Origin: Octopus vulgaris
Taxonomy: Eukaryota
Direction of reading: 5' to 3'
DNA length: 124,000 bases
Assembly: GCA_951406725.2 (NCBI GenBank)
Contig: OX597815.1
Location: 189,864,001 to 189,988,000 of the forward strand
The notes beneath the pieces were generated by a model. The model had not been told where the DNA came from. It did not search any database and saw only the letters and a list, made by a program, of their open reading frames with translations. The translations under genes and the position numbers were made by a program. Shown one piece after another: positions 57,701 through 70,700 of this stretch (its first letter is position 1; every line of letters begins with the position of its first letter).

Positions 57701-58895
57701 TATATATATATATACACACATACACACACACATATATTTGAGTTGTGATATGCCATTTAATTTAGATATATCATATAAAACACTTCACAAAAAGAGTTAC
57801 ATTTTTGTTGTTCGTTAGGCTTCTAAGTAAGTTCAGATCACACTGACAGATGATTCACAATTATAACGAGGGATTATTCAACCCAGGACTTGAAGTGCCA
57901 TGGAAACCAGTATCCATAAGAATCTGATAGGCTAATTCCTCTTCAAAAAAGAACAAAAACACCTCACTATCATCTTGAATTTTGAAGGGACTTCCACTCA
58001 ATTCCAGCGCCTGAAAGCCTTTTTGTTCTACCAGCTAAAACTCTTTTGAATGCCCAGCTATTAATCAAGTTATGTTAGCTTTGACCAACCTGTATTCTTG
58101 TATAATCTGGAACTACATTTCCCAATATGTAAAACAAGAGGATATGATTTGAGGGAGATTTTCACATATTTTTAGTAGGCTGAGCGCCCTTTTATTGGTT
58201 TCATATTGGCTTTTCTTTAGGACATGTTTTGACATATTGTGGTATTAAATTTCTTCATTTACTACGAATTGTCGCATAGTAATAAATCAAAGAATAATGG
58301 AATCACTTCCCGCACATATAAAGAGAAGATGAACTCCTAAAGCTAAATCTAACCTTCTGCAAGGTAGAATACTTTTCTAAAAACATTATGACATATCCAT
58401 TATTGACACTGTTATCCCAACTACAATAATTTGATTACCTCTACGACAATAGCCTGCAGAGATTCTAGCTTATTTTCCTTTATTGCATGATTCTATTTCC
58501 AGGTAGCAATCAGAATGCATTCATAGTTTTAATGGGTTATGGAAAAATATATGGGAATCGAATTGAATTTAATTCAATTTGAAAGGGAAACGATAGTGTA
58601 TTGCCTTGGCATCACATGCTTCGGTAAATATATAATGGGTTCAGATTTAGAAATGAAATATTCTGACTGTTTATTTACCTTTTTTATTTTTATTTATTTA
58701 TCTTATATATTGCAGGTTTGTGAACAATAGAGTCGTTAGTGACAAGTTTGCAATGCATCAGTCTACAATCTTTGCTCCATTTCTGACAGCAAGAGTGACA
58801 GGGGAGCACGACCGGATTTTCACTAATATTTATAATCTTCAAATCTTCACCAATATACATTGGCAAAAGACTTACAATACGTGTAAACAGATGTG

Positions 58896-58934
<39 letters not shown>

Positions 58935-60391
58935 CAAATAAGAAAATGGAGAAACAAATTCAGTTTGTTCATCAACTTACGGATATTATAATGTTAGATT
59001 ACGTGCGGATGGCACGTAAAAAGCACCCACTACACTCACGGAGTGGTTGGCGTTAGGAAGGGCATCCAGCCATAGAAACACTGCCAGATTTGACTGGGCT
59101 TGATGAAGCCTTCTGGCTTCACAGACCCCAGTAGAACCGTCCAACCCATGCTAGCATGGAAAACGGACGTTAAACGATGATGATGATGATGATGATTTAC
59201 AAATGAGAATATCAAAAGCATACAAAATATTATATAAATCAATAGATAATATATTATAATACAAATACAGTCTTTAAAAGTCATATTATAAATTATTGCC
59301 CGTAGTGGGTTACACCCATAACCCCTATCTTACTTTATACATATATATATATATATATCTTGTATAAACTTTCGTGGGTAAGACTGGAACAATGCAAAAT
59401 ATGGAACAATGCTGGAACAATGCAAAATAAATCAAAGGTAAATCACAAGAAAACAGGCAAATGAATTAATGATTTACCTGATTTCTTGTGATCTATCTTG
59501 GATTCCTTTGACATAGTTCCAGCCTTGCCCACAAGTTTTATATAATTCATTCCACACAATGCTTCATACTAACTATTCCATATATATATAATCAAAATAA
59601 GCAACAGGATATCAAGTAGTGATGCAGTGTGACCAGTGGCTCCATTTAATTGAACAATGTAATCATTACATCAATTTAAATGCAGTGCCATCTTCAGCTG
59701 CATAAATAAATAATGGAATTTTAACAAGTAGGATTTTTAACATTAATATGATAAATATAAATTAATATAATTAATAAAAATAACATTAATATAATTTGTC
59801 TTAAACATTTTAACAGAGCAAGAATATGGACGAAATTCATGTTGTCACTATTGTAGCTATATATATATATATATATATTGTTGTTGTGACCCCTTTGATC
59901 ATGAATGACCATGAGATTGCACCGTGAAAGACCAGCAGTCACCCATGCATACCAGCCACCCCTCTCCATGCCGGCGATGTTTTCCATGGGAAAGGCAAAG
60001 GCCAATACAGCTTGGCACCAGTGACATAGCAGCTCATATATTAATGTGCAGGAGGCTGAGTACTCCACAGACACGTATACCCTTAATGTAGTTCTCAGGG
60101 AAATTCAGCATGGCACAGAGTATGACAAGGCTGGCCCTTTGAAATACAGGTACAACAAAACACGAAAAAAGAGTGAGGGAAAGCTGTGGTGAAAGAGTAC
60201 AGCAGGATTCACCACCACCCACTACTGGAGCCTCATGGAGCTTTAGGTGTTTTCGCTCGATAAACACTCACAATGCCCATTTTCAGAATTGAAACCATGA
60301 TCCTACAACTGCGAGTCTGCTGCCCTAACCACTGGCCATTGCGCCTCTACATATATATATATATATATATATACATACACAACTATTGTAG

Positions 60392-60434
<43 letters not shown>

Positions 60435-60487
60435 CACATATATACATACATATGTATATGTACATACTTACATCTATAAGTATATAT

Positions 60488-61240
60488 ATCATCATCATCA
60501 TCATTTAACGTCTGCTTTCCATGCTAGCATGGGTTGGACGGTTCAACTGGGGTCTGGGGAGCCCGAAGGCTGCACCAGGCCAGTCAGATCTGGCAGTGTT
60601 TCTACAGCTGGATGCCCTTCCTAACGCCAACCACTCCAAGAGTGTAGTGGGTGATTTTATGTGCCACCGACACAGGTGCCAGACGAGGCTGGCGAACGGC
60701 CACGCTCGGATGGTGTTTTTATGTGCCACCGACACAGGTGCCAGACGAAGCTGGCGAACGGCCACGCTCGGATGGTGTTTTTATGTGCCACCGACACAGG
60801 TGCCAGACGAAGCTGGCGAACGGCCATGCTCGGATGGTGTTTTTATGTGCCACCGACACAGGTGCCAGACAAGGCTAGCAGACGACCACGCTCGGATGGT
60901 GTTTTTATGTGCCACCGACACAGGTGCCAGACGAAGCTGGCGAACGGCCATGCTCGGATGGTGTTTTTATGTGCCACCGACACAGGTGCCAGACAAGGCT
61001 AGCAGACGACCACACTCGGATGGTGTTTTTTTATGTGCCACCGACACAGGAGCCAGATTAGGCTGGCGATCGGCCACGATTGGATGGTGATTGTTACGTG
61101 CCCACAGCATGGAGGCCAGTCGGTGCGGTACTGGCTACGGCCACGTTCGGATGGTTTTCTTGTGTGTCACCGGCACTGGTATCACAAGATACAAATTCCA
61201 TTGATGTTCATCTATTTTGATTTTGTTTGATTTTTGATTT
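60488..61240 (-). mobile_element. RTE 3'-UTR copy with ~59-bp VNTR (about 7 units)
   Basis: TTTTATGTGCCACCGACACAGGTGCCAGACGAGGCTGGCGAACGGCCACGCTCGGATGGTG repeated; sister copy 118370-118840. Confidence 0.9.
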
Positions 61241-62249
61241 TATGCATATATATATATGCATATTGGGCACAGGGTATCAAGAAACGTGTACAACAAAATG
61301 TACGAGTACATGGAATATGAGCTACTTTTTTATTAACAACGAAAGACATAAATGGAAAACAAGAGAAACAACATAAAGAACGACCCTTCGTTGGTTGTTG
61401 GCTGTTTTTCTAGTCTCGTATTTTGAGCATTTAACAATATATGCTTTCGATAAAATAGTTGCTCCCGCAAAGCAAATTAAATAAAATTTGGGATTTTGCA
61501 GAGGGTCAAAATCGGTAACACAAACAGGACAGTGAAAACAAACAGGAAGGGCTGCTAAGCCTAAACGAGGTTGTGGTGGCAAACGCATAAATCAGGCTTG
61601 GACAGGAGACAGACAAGAACACGTCTTCCACACAGCCACACTTTTATACAAGAGGAAGATATGGTAGGCCTATAGAGACATTTAATCTATTTCTTCATTA
61701 TCACTCTTTTGTTACTTTTCTTCAGCTTATCTAAATATATTAATTTACAGGGTATTTTTCCCTGATTTATGATATTCCTTGTAATAATTGTAATAATTTC
61801 ATACTCAAGCACCATGTAATTTGAAGAAAATGGTTTTGTTAATTTAATTAAAAGTACATTACAGCTAATAAATATAGAATTTATGAACTTCCTATGAAGA
61901 CAAAAATTGATTATTGATATCAATGTAAATATCTTAAACCCTGGTGACTACTGTTTTTGTAGTAATTTTCTTCAAGAAATTAATGTAAATATACTTTATA
62001 ACTGGAAAACTATTTGTTCTCATTGAAAATCTATAGATCTATATATCGGTTGATTAATTTCTGTATTAATCTATATCACTAGTTGAAGTCTAAATAGATT
62101 ATATGTGTGTTAAAGAAAGCTTATATGTGTTCAGAGCTGTGGTTCTCATCACAACCATGTTTTGCCTAGGAACTGCTTTGATTCCAATTTCCCTTTACTG
62201 ACCCTCATAAACATTTCATGCTTAAAAAATCTTGTGTTTTTATAATTAC

Positions 62250-62466
62250 AAGGGTGTACTGCAAATTTCCTGGGTTTGGGTAAAAGAAAATACAGGAAGA
62301 TCAGTTAATTATGATTTTATTCAACATATACCCCTTTCAGATTCATACACTTATTGCAGCAGCCCTTCAGTTTTTCTAAGCCCCGTAAAAGAACTCAGAA
62401 GGTGGGGCCACCAACCAGGCCCCTTTGCAATACCCTTAAAGTCAGGAACTTTTCAGCACCCCCTTA
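62250..62466. mobile_element. Non-autonomous mariner-like element
   Basis: AAGGGTGTACTGCAAATTTCCTGGGTTT / AAAGTCAGGAACTTTTCAGCACCCCTT TIRs, TA flanks. Confidence 0.6.
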
Positions 62467-62791
62467 TTAGGAATTGTATTTAAAAATTGTTAATCTATTT
62501 TGTGTTTTGCAGAAATATAACTAGTTTATTGTACATACATTTTAATAACCAACTCTTACATGGACCCCCAGAGACCACAGGGACCCCAGTTGAGGATCAT
62601 AGGTTTAGGGTATTATGAAACAACAGTAGCCACCAGAGAAATCACATTTGTGAAAAAATACATTTGAAGAGCATTCCAGCTTAACTTTGAATGAGTATTC
62701 TGTTGCGTCTGGGGAGGGTCATTTTCTTTTTGTGCCTTATAATTTAACACACTCACCGGTAAAATTTCCACTTATTTCTTATTTTTATTTT

Positions 62792-62831
62792 CCTAAAATT
62801 TTCGTTGCATCTTGCAACCTTTTCAATAGTC
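62792..62831 (-). ncRNA. Minimal hammerhead-like motif with U3:A8 core (family D)
   Basis: GACUA-UUGAAAA-G-GUUGC AAGAU GCAAC-GAA AAUU U|UAGG. Confidence 0.55.
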
Positions 62832-62899
62832 TTGACTCTTGAATGAGCAGACATTATCAAATGAATTCTAGCCATAACTATTTTGTATTTTTAGTTATT

Positions 62900-63580
62900 T
62901 TATTGACTGAGGAGAGCGAAAAGCTTGGATTGATGATTAACTGCCAGAAAACCTTCCCAATGGTCTGTACCAAGAAGGCACAGGTACCTACATGTTGCTT
63001 GATGGTAAATGGCACTGGGATGGAGCAGAAGGACAGTTTCATATATCTGGGAAGTTGGATAACATCAGATGGAAGGTCAGATAGAGACATTGAATGCAGA
63101 ATTGGATTAGCAAAGATGACTTTTATGGATATGAAGAGCATTTTTGTGCAAAGAGAATTGGAATGGAAGTCAAGAAAAGACTAGTGAAGTGCTACATCTG
63201 GTTGGTGCTAACGTATGGGTGTGAGTCTTGGAGAAGAGACTCAGAGCTGCAGAAATGTGGTTTTATAGAAAAATGATTAGAATCTCGTGAGTACAGAGGG
63301 TGACGAATGTGGAAGTGTTGGAGAAGATGAAAGTGAAGAGACAGTCTATGGATACGATCAGAGAGAGTCAGTGGAGATTTGATGGTCATTTTCTCAGAGA
63401 GGATAACAGAACGGAGTGTTACATGGCGGAGATTGAGCTGGTGGAGAGGAGGGCGAGAGGAAGACAGAGAATGAAGTTGTTTGACTGGATGAAGAAGAGA
63501 ACGAACATGCAGAGTGAGAAAGACCTGGATGATGTTGTGAGAGACAGAAATAAATAGAAGAGGAACAAGCCATGATTTAT
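62900..63580 (+). pseudogene. RTE/BovB-like RT C-terminal fragment (second RTE family)
   Basis: EESEKLGLMINCQKT..FIYLGSWITSDGRSDRDIECRIGLAK..YGCESW..RARGRQR. Confidence 0.85.
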
Positions 63581-64004
63581 CAAAGGCATGAATGCACCAT
63601 GAAGCAAGAGGAGGAGGAGATGAAGGAGGAGGAGGAGACGAAGGAGGAGGAGGAGGAGGAGAAGAAGAAGAAGAAGAAGAATATATTTTATCCAATATTA
63701 TCCAATGTGTCCCTTATTTTAATGGTACAGGTAGAATATAATTTGAAGGAGATTTCATTGCCATTTCTAGAAGACTAAGCAACCACGAAGAGGTACCTCT
63801 GTTAGTTTGTTTACAATGCAGTTGACTTATATGTCGTTCAACTTAACTCAAGGCAATCTGACTCTCTTCCATTTTGTAAAAGATGAAAATGTAATTGCAA
63901 AAGGAATTACTGTTTCATCTCCAGATGTTTAAATCTGCTTTTCTTTCCAGGAATTTGTCAGATATAATTTGCTGGATAGTTAGTTTGATTTCTCTGAAAA
64001 TACA

Positions 64005-64123
64005 ACAGCAGCAGCAACATCATCATCATCATCATCATCACCATCATTATCATCACCACCATCATCACCACCACCATCATCATCATCATCATCACCATTA
64101 TCATCATCACCACCACCACCATC

Positions 64124-64155
<32 letters not shown>

Positions 64156-64182
64156 CATCACCATCATCATCATCACCACCAA

Positions 64183-64214
<32 letters not shown>

Positions 64215-64670
64215 ACACCACCATCATCATCACCACCATCATCATCACCAACACTATCATCATCATCACCACCATCATCACCACCACCATCATCATCACC
64301 ATCATCATCATCACCACCATCATCATCACCACCATCATCATCGTCGTCGTCACCATCATCATCACCATCACCATCATCACCATTATCATCATCATCACCA
64401 CCATCATCATCATCACCACCATCATCACCACCACCATCACCACCACCATCATCACCATCACCATCATCATCACCACCATCATCATCATCACCACCATCAT
64501 CACCCCCACCACCATCATCATCACCATCATCACCACCATCATCATCATCACCACCATAATCACCATCATCGTAGTCATCATCATCATCACCATTATCATC
64601 ATCATCACCACCATAATCACCATCACCATCGTCGTCGTCATCATCATCATCACCATTATCATCATTGTCG
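64005..64670. repeat. (CAT/CAC)n triplet array at an RTE tail
   Basis: Abuts RTE 3' terminus at 64670. Confidence 0.9.
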
Positions 64671-66044
64671 TTTTATGTCTGCTTTCCATGCTTGTGTGGG
64701 CTGAATTGCTTGACTGACTGAATCTAACAAGCTGGAGGGTCACATCTTGATGAAATCTCTCAGCTTTCACATGGCTTCTGCAGCAGGTTACTCCTCCTAA
64801 TGCCAACCACTTTACAGAGTGCTTTATTTATTTATTCATTTACTTATCTTTTGGCACCATCTCAGTTGAGGTCACCTTGAAAGTCACAGGAGTCATCAGG
64901 ATCCCTCTTGACTGAGAGGCAGAACAGAAAATAGGAGATAGATTTATGTAAAGTGTTGAAAGGTATATGCGGGGGAGTAAAAAGAATAGCTTTATTTCTG
65001 TGGAAAAGATTCAATGCTACCCTGCATTATATATATAGGTGAGTGGCATGGATGGAGTGGTGCCAGAAAAAAGTGATAAAAATAGTGGTGACAAGATGCC
65101 AGAGCATATCCTCAAGGTACCATATCCAAGAAGGTAAATAGAGGAGAATGTGGAGAGAGAAAGGTCAGTCAGAATGGGTAACTGTTGCAAAAGTGAGTGA
65201 TAGGGTGGTGGGAGTGGTGGATTGAAATAGGGATGGAGGTCGTCAGAGATTGAGAAGCAGTGGGTGCAGTGAATAGTGAACAAGGAGAGGGGTGGTTGAT
65301 GGTAAATATGAGGGGGAGGATGATGGCAAGAAAGCAGTAGGGCGGCGAGCTGGCAGAATCATTAACACGCCAGGTGAAATGCTTAGCGGTATTTCGTCTG
65401 CCGCTACGTTCTCAGTTCAAATTCCACCGAGGTCGACTTTTCCTTTCATCCTTTCGGGGTCGATTAAATAACTACCAGTTACGCACTTGGGTCAATATAA
65501 TCGACTTAATCCATTTGTCTGTCCTTGTTTGTCCCTTCTGGGTTTAGCCCCTTGTGGGTAGTAAAGAAATAGGTACTATATCCAAGAAGGTAAATAGAGG
65601 AAAATGTGGAAAGAGAATGGTCAGTCAGAATGGGTAACCGTTTCAAAAGTGAGTGATAGGATGGTGGGAGTGGTGGATTGAAATAGGGATGGAGTTTGTC
65701 AAGCAGTGGGTACAGTTAAATAGTGAACAAGGATAGGAGTGGTTGATGGTAAATATGATGGGGAGGATGATAGCAAGAAAGCAGAACGGATGTCAAAAGG
65801 TAAAGGCTCAGAAGATTCAAGACTATTGAAAAGGTTGCCAAGATGCAACAAAACTTTTAGGAAAATAAAAATAAAAAGTAAGTGGAAATTTTACTGTTGA
65901 GTGTGTTAAATTATAAGGCACAAAAAGAAAATGACTCTCCCCAGACACAACAGAATACTCATTCAAAGTTAAGCTGGAATGTTCATCAAATGTATTTTTT
66001 CACAAATGGGATTTCTGTGGTGACTACTGTTGTTTCCTACCACA

Positions 66045-66290
66045 GGCAGATGGCGTAGTGGTTAAGAGCGCGGGCTTCTAACTGCAAGATTTCGAGTTCG
66101 ATTCCAAGCAGTGACCTGAACAATGATAATAATAATAACATCGAAAAATACCTTAGGAATGAGAACCCAGGTTCAAAATTTCCCCAAGACACCTGAAGAA
66201 GGCTGGAGGGTATATATCAGCCAAAATGTTGTGTTAACAACAAACAAGATGAGGACAAAAAAATATCCATTGAATGTAAATAATAGAAAT
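66045..66290 (+). mobile_element. Chimeric SINE family E
   Basis: tRNA head, (AAT)n, hammerhead with GAAAC mutated to AAAAT. Confidence 0.8.
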
Positions 66291-67394
66291 ATTTCAATTC
66301 AGAGTAAAAATAGATTGGAGGAAATTTAGGTTGAAAGATTCTGAAATTAATGGAAGAATTTTAATGACTTAATAAGGCTGAAAATTCAAAACAATTAAAG
66401 AAAGATATTTTTATTTTTATTTTGGGGATGTAATTTACTGTAAAACAGATTCAGTGATCAAGAAAATTTAATCTGGTACAGTTTTACTGAGAAAGTTTAT
66501 TATTTAACCTTTAGCAATAACCTCTGTCCTTTTTTTTTTTTTTTTTTTTTTTTGCAGCTTCTTTTCCTGTTGTTACAAAAACCTATTGTTGTACTATACT
66601 TTAAACTTTCCTGTGCTACTTTATCTGTTTCATCAACCTTCTTCTGATTATTTCATTATAACCAAGCCAATAAAGGAGCTTCTGTGAAACTGCTTGGCAT
66701 GCTGGAAATGTGTTGTCTAGTTTAACACCAGTAAACTTCAATAAAGATCCCAGCACCAGTGTTGGGTTAACCATTAAACAAAATAAGAACAAGCTCAGGA
66801 CATCAAGTGAAGCAAAGCCTCACAAAAATAGTAAATGGTTTATGGCACAAAAGAAATCACTTTAAACTTGCTAAAATAATATTTAGGATGCCTTATTTCT
66901 ACTAGGTATAGAAGCAGGCGCAGGAGTGGCTGTGTGGTAAGTAGCTTGTTTACCAACCACATGGTTCCGGGTTCAGTCCCACTGCGTGGCACCTTGGGCA
67001 AGTGTCTTCTACTATAGCCTCGGGCCGACCAAAGCCTTGTGAGTGGATTTGGTAGACGGAAACTGAAAGAAGCCCATCGTATATATGTATATATATATAT
67101 ATATATGCGTGTATGTGTTTGTGTGTCTGTGTTTGTCCCCCTAGCATTGCTTGACAACCGATGCTGGTGTGTTTATGTCCCCGTTACTTAGCAGTAACGA
67201 GACCAATAGAATAAGTACTGGGCTTACAAAAAGAATAAGTCCTGGGGTCGAGTTGCTTGATTAAAGGTGGTGCTCCAGCATGGCCGCAGTCAAATGACTG
67301 AAACAAGTAAAAGAGTAAACAGATTTGTTACATAAGTTTAATTTTGAAAATCCTATCAAAGACTTTGCAATTAAAAAAACTAGAAAGCTTCAAA

Positions 67395-67710
67395 TATATT
67401 TCGTTTTTGTATGTGGTTTGCAAGATTCTTTTTGTGAATTCGTGTGTTGAAGCATATTTTATTGTGTCTGGAGAGAGTCATTCTCTTTTAGTGCCTTATT
67501 AATTTAACACACTCACTGGTCTGATTTCCACTCCTTTACTTATTATTTTTTACTAACATTTTCATTACAACTTGCAACTTTTCAATAGTTTTCATTGATT
67601 CTGTCTGGATAGGATCAATGACTATTGAAAAGGTTGCAAGTCGAAATGAAAATGTTAGTAAAGAATAAGTAAATGAGTGGAAATCAGACCAGTGAGTGTG
67701 TTAAATTTTC
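67395..67710. repeat. Family D pLTR fold-back
   Basis: Arms ~67500-67605 / 67620-67708. Confidence 0.8.
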
Positions 67711-70700
67711 AAATATAAATAAAGTGGAAGCATATACAAAAATAGAAGGTGGCACGATGGCAGAAACATTAGCATGCCGGGCGAAATGCTTGACGGTATT
67801 TTGTCTGTCTTTACGTTCTGAGTTCAAATTCTGCTGAGGTTGACTTTATCTTTCGTCCTTTCAAGGTCGATAAATTAAGTACCAGTTATGCACTGGAGTC
67901 GATGTAATCGACTTGATACCTTTGTCTGTCCTTGTTTGTCCCCTTTATGTTTAACCCCTTGTGGGCAATAAAGAAATAAGAAACATTAGCATGCTAGGTG
68001 AAATGCTTAGCCATATTTCGTCTGTCTTTACATTCTGAGTTCAAATTCCGCAAAGGTCGATTTTGCTTTTCATCCTTTCGAGGTCGATAAATTAAGTACC
68101 AGTTATGCACTGGAGTCGATGTAATCGACTTAATACCTTTGTCTGTCCTTGTTTGTCCCCTCAATGTTTAGCCCCTTGTGGGCAATAAAGAAATAAGTAT
68201 ACACAAAAATAAATTTTGTTTTCCATCTTATTGTTACATTTGTTTCATTTTTGAAAAGTAAGAATTTATTTTATGGTTTATTATTGTTTATATTTCAAAT
68301 TACATATATATTGGGGTACCAAAATCATTTAAGTGCTTAGGGCCTTTATGGGTCTTAAAATCCAAGCTTGAGTCCCAAAATAATTTGAGTGGAGTTCACT
68401 GTTACAATATCCAGAAAATAAATATCTCCCTCTGTGGGTGACTCGATATCCCTCTCTCCTTTTCCCACTTCATGAGACCCCTGAAAGATCTTACTTATTG
68501 CCCTTCCTTCTCTGATTAAATCATAAAAAAAGGAAGAATACATTAGATAATATGGTCCTAAATGTAATCTTGACAACTGGCATCCGTGCTAGTGGGGTAC
68601 AAAGAGCACCAAAAGAGCACCATATGAAGGTGATCGTTGCCAGAGCAGCCAACTGGCTCCATGCCAGTGGCACATAAAAGGGAAACATTCGAGTGTGATC
68701 GTTACCAGCGTTGCCTTACTGGCACCTGTGCTGATGGCAGGTGTAAAAAGATTCGAGTGAGGTCATTGCCAGTACCGCCTGACTGACCCCCGTGCCAGTG
68801 GCACGTAAAAAGCACCCACTACACTCTCGGAGTGGTTGGTGTTAGGAAGGGCATCCAGCTGTAGAAACTCTGCCAGATCAAGATTGAAGCCTGGTCCAGC
68901 CATCTGGTTCACTGGCCCTCAGTCAAAATCGTCCAACCCATGCTAGCATGGAAAGCGGACATTAAACGATGATGATGATGATGATGATGAAAATGGTTTA
69001 GATGATCCCAAATGCAATGGCATTGGTCATTCGTTGGTGTGATCGATTGAGGATGACCTGAAGCTAAGCAATAATGACTGTCTCATTCTAATTCACACAT
69101 CTTGAAAGTTTCACTATGTCTGACCTTTCTGTTTTTCTGCATTCAGAAAAAAAAATAATAATCTGTCATTATCAGTGATGACATTCAGAGAGAGAAACAC
69201 TGAAACAACGACTATTAATGACAAAAATGTCAGCTCATCATCACCACCACCACCACCACCACCACCATCATCATCATCACCACCACCACCATCACCGCCA
69301 CCACTGCATCATCATCATCACCGCCACCACTGCAACTACCACCATCACCACCACTACCACTGCCATCTTCATCATCACCGTCACCACCACCACCACCACC
69401 ATTTTCATCATCTTCAATGTCACCACCACCACCACCAGCATCATCACCGTCACCACCACCACCATCCTCATCATTGTCACCCCCATCATCATCACCGTCA
69501 CCATCACCACCATCATCACCACCGCCACCACCACCATCATCATCACCGTCACCACCACCACCACTCTTTATCATCATCATCTATAACATTATCCTCCTCA
69601 TCACCATCATTACCAGCATTGCTGCTGCTACAACCAATACCAACCTTCATCGCTTTTGTTGTGGTAGTTATTCTTATTGTTGTTTAATCTCATACCAACC
69701 ATAATCAGTGCTCAAAAACATGTGTCACAAAGTTATTGCTCATATATTTAATGTGACTAGGGCAGTGAGCTGGCAAAATTGTTAGTATGTCAGGCCAACA
69801 TGTCAGGTATTTTCATCTATCTTTATATTTTGAGTTCAAATTCTGCAGAGATTGAATTTACCATTCATCCTTTTGAGATCGATAAAATATGTACCAGTTG
69901 TGTACTGGGGTTGATGTAATTGACTTACCCACTCCACTGAAATTGCTGGCCTTGTGCCAAAAATTGAAATCAATATATTTTAATGTGGTGAGAATTAAAC
70001 TGATAACTACAAATAATTATACTTAATGAGTTAAAAAGAAATATTTGACAATGTTTAATGTTATTTTCGTTTCTCTGTCAAATACAGATGACATTTGATC
70101 TATTTCAGCTTATTAGGATCTCATCAGCAAAGTGTTGCCTTCAGTTTCAGAATAAATTAACTGACAATATACACTTGGAAATAAGTGTAAGAGAAAAATT
70201 ATTGACTACATAATAGAGAATTAATTAATCAGAAATCTAATTATGTATGTGAATATATATTTAGCCTAGAACTAAATTATTCTGGGAGATATAATCCCCA
70301 GAATGTGAGTTTGGCAATTAAAGTAAAATTATCTAAATATCAGAACTGTCTATTCTCTCTAAGGCTTATTGTCTTCAAATTATTTGCAAGTAAGACTAAA
70401 TATACCTATGTATTCTCATATGAGATTAATTAATATATAAGTTCTGTGCTGCGTTGCATAATTTAGTCCCAAATCTGGCCTCTCCAGAACCTTGGACTTC
70501 TTCCGCCAGCAGCATCTTCGAACATCAATGCAATAACCCCTTTCCATTCAGCAGATGTGAGGAAAATGTCATTGCTTTAATAATCAAATCAGTTTCTATG
70601 GTATGGAGGGCCATAGAAATTTTCCCATGTCATTCCAGCACAATAAAAATATACTGTTATTACATCAAAGCACCACATTTTCTCAATTATGCCATTTTGT

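Noticed and set aside
58711-58880. Exon after strong + strand acceptor
   Set aside because: One open frame but no good donor or recognisable homology
63895-64704. 269-aa poly-His ORF (and similar at 69175, 73904, 83460, 118724)
   Set aside because: Translation of (CAT/CAC)n arrays; open in several frames and strands, no splice or domain support
66045-66120. Genuine tRNA genes at SINE heads
   Set aside because: A/B boxes present but no acceptor stem or T-run terminator; each continues into a repeat body
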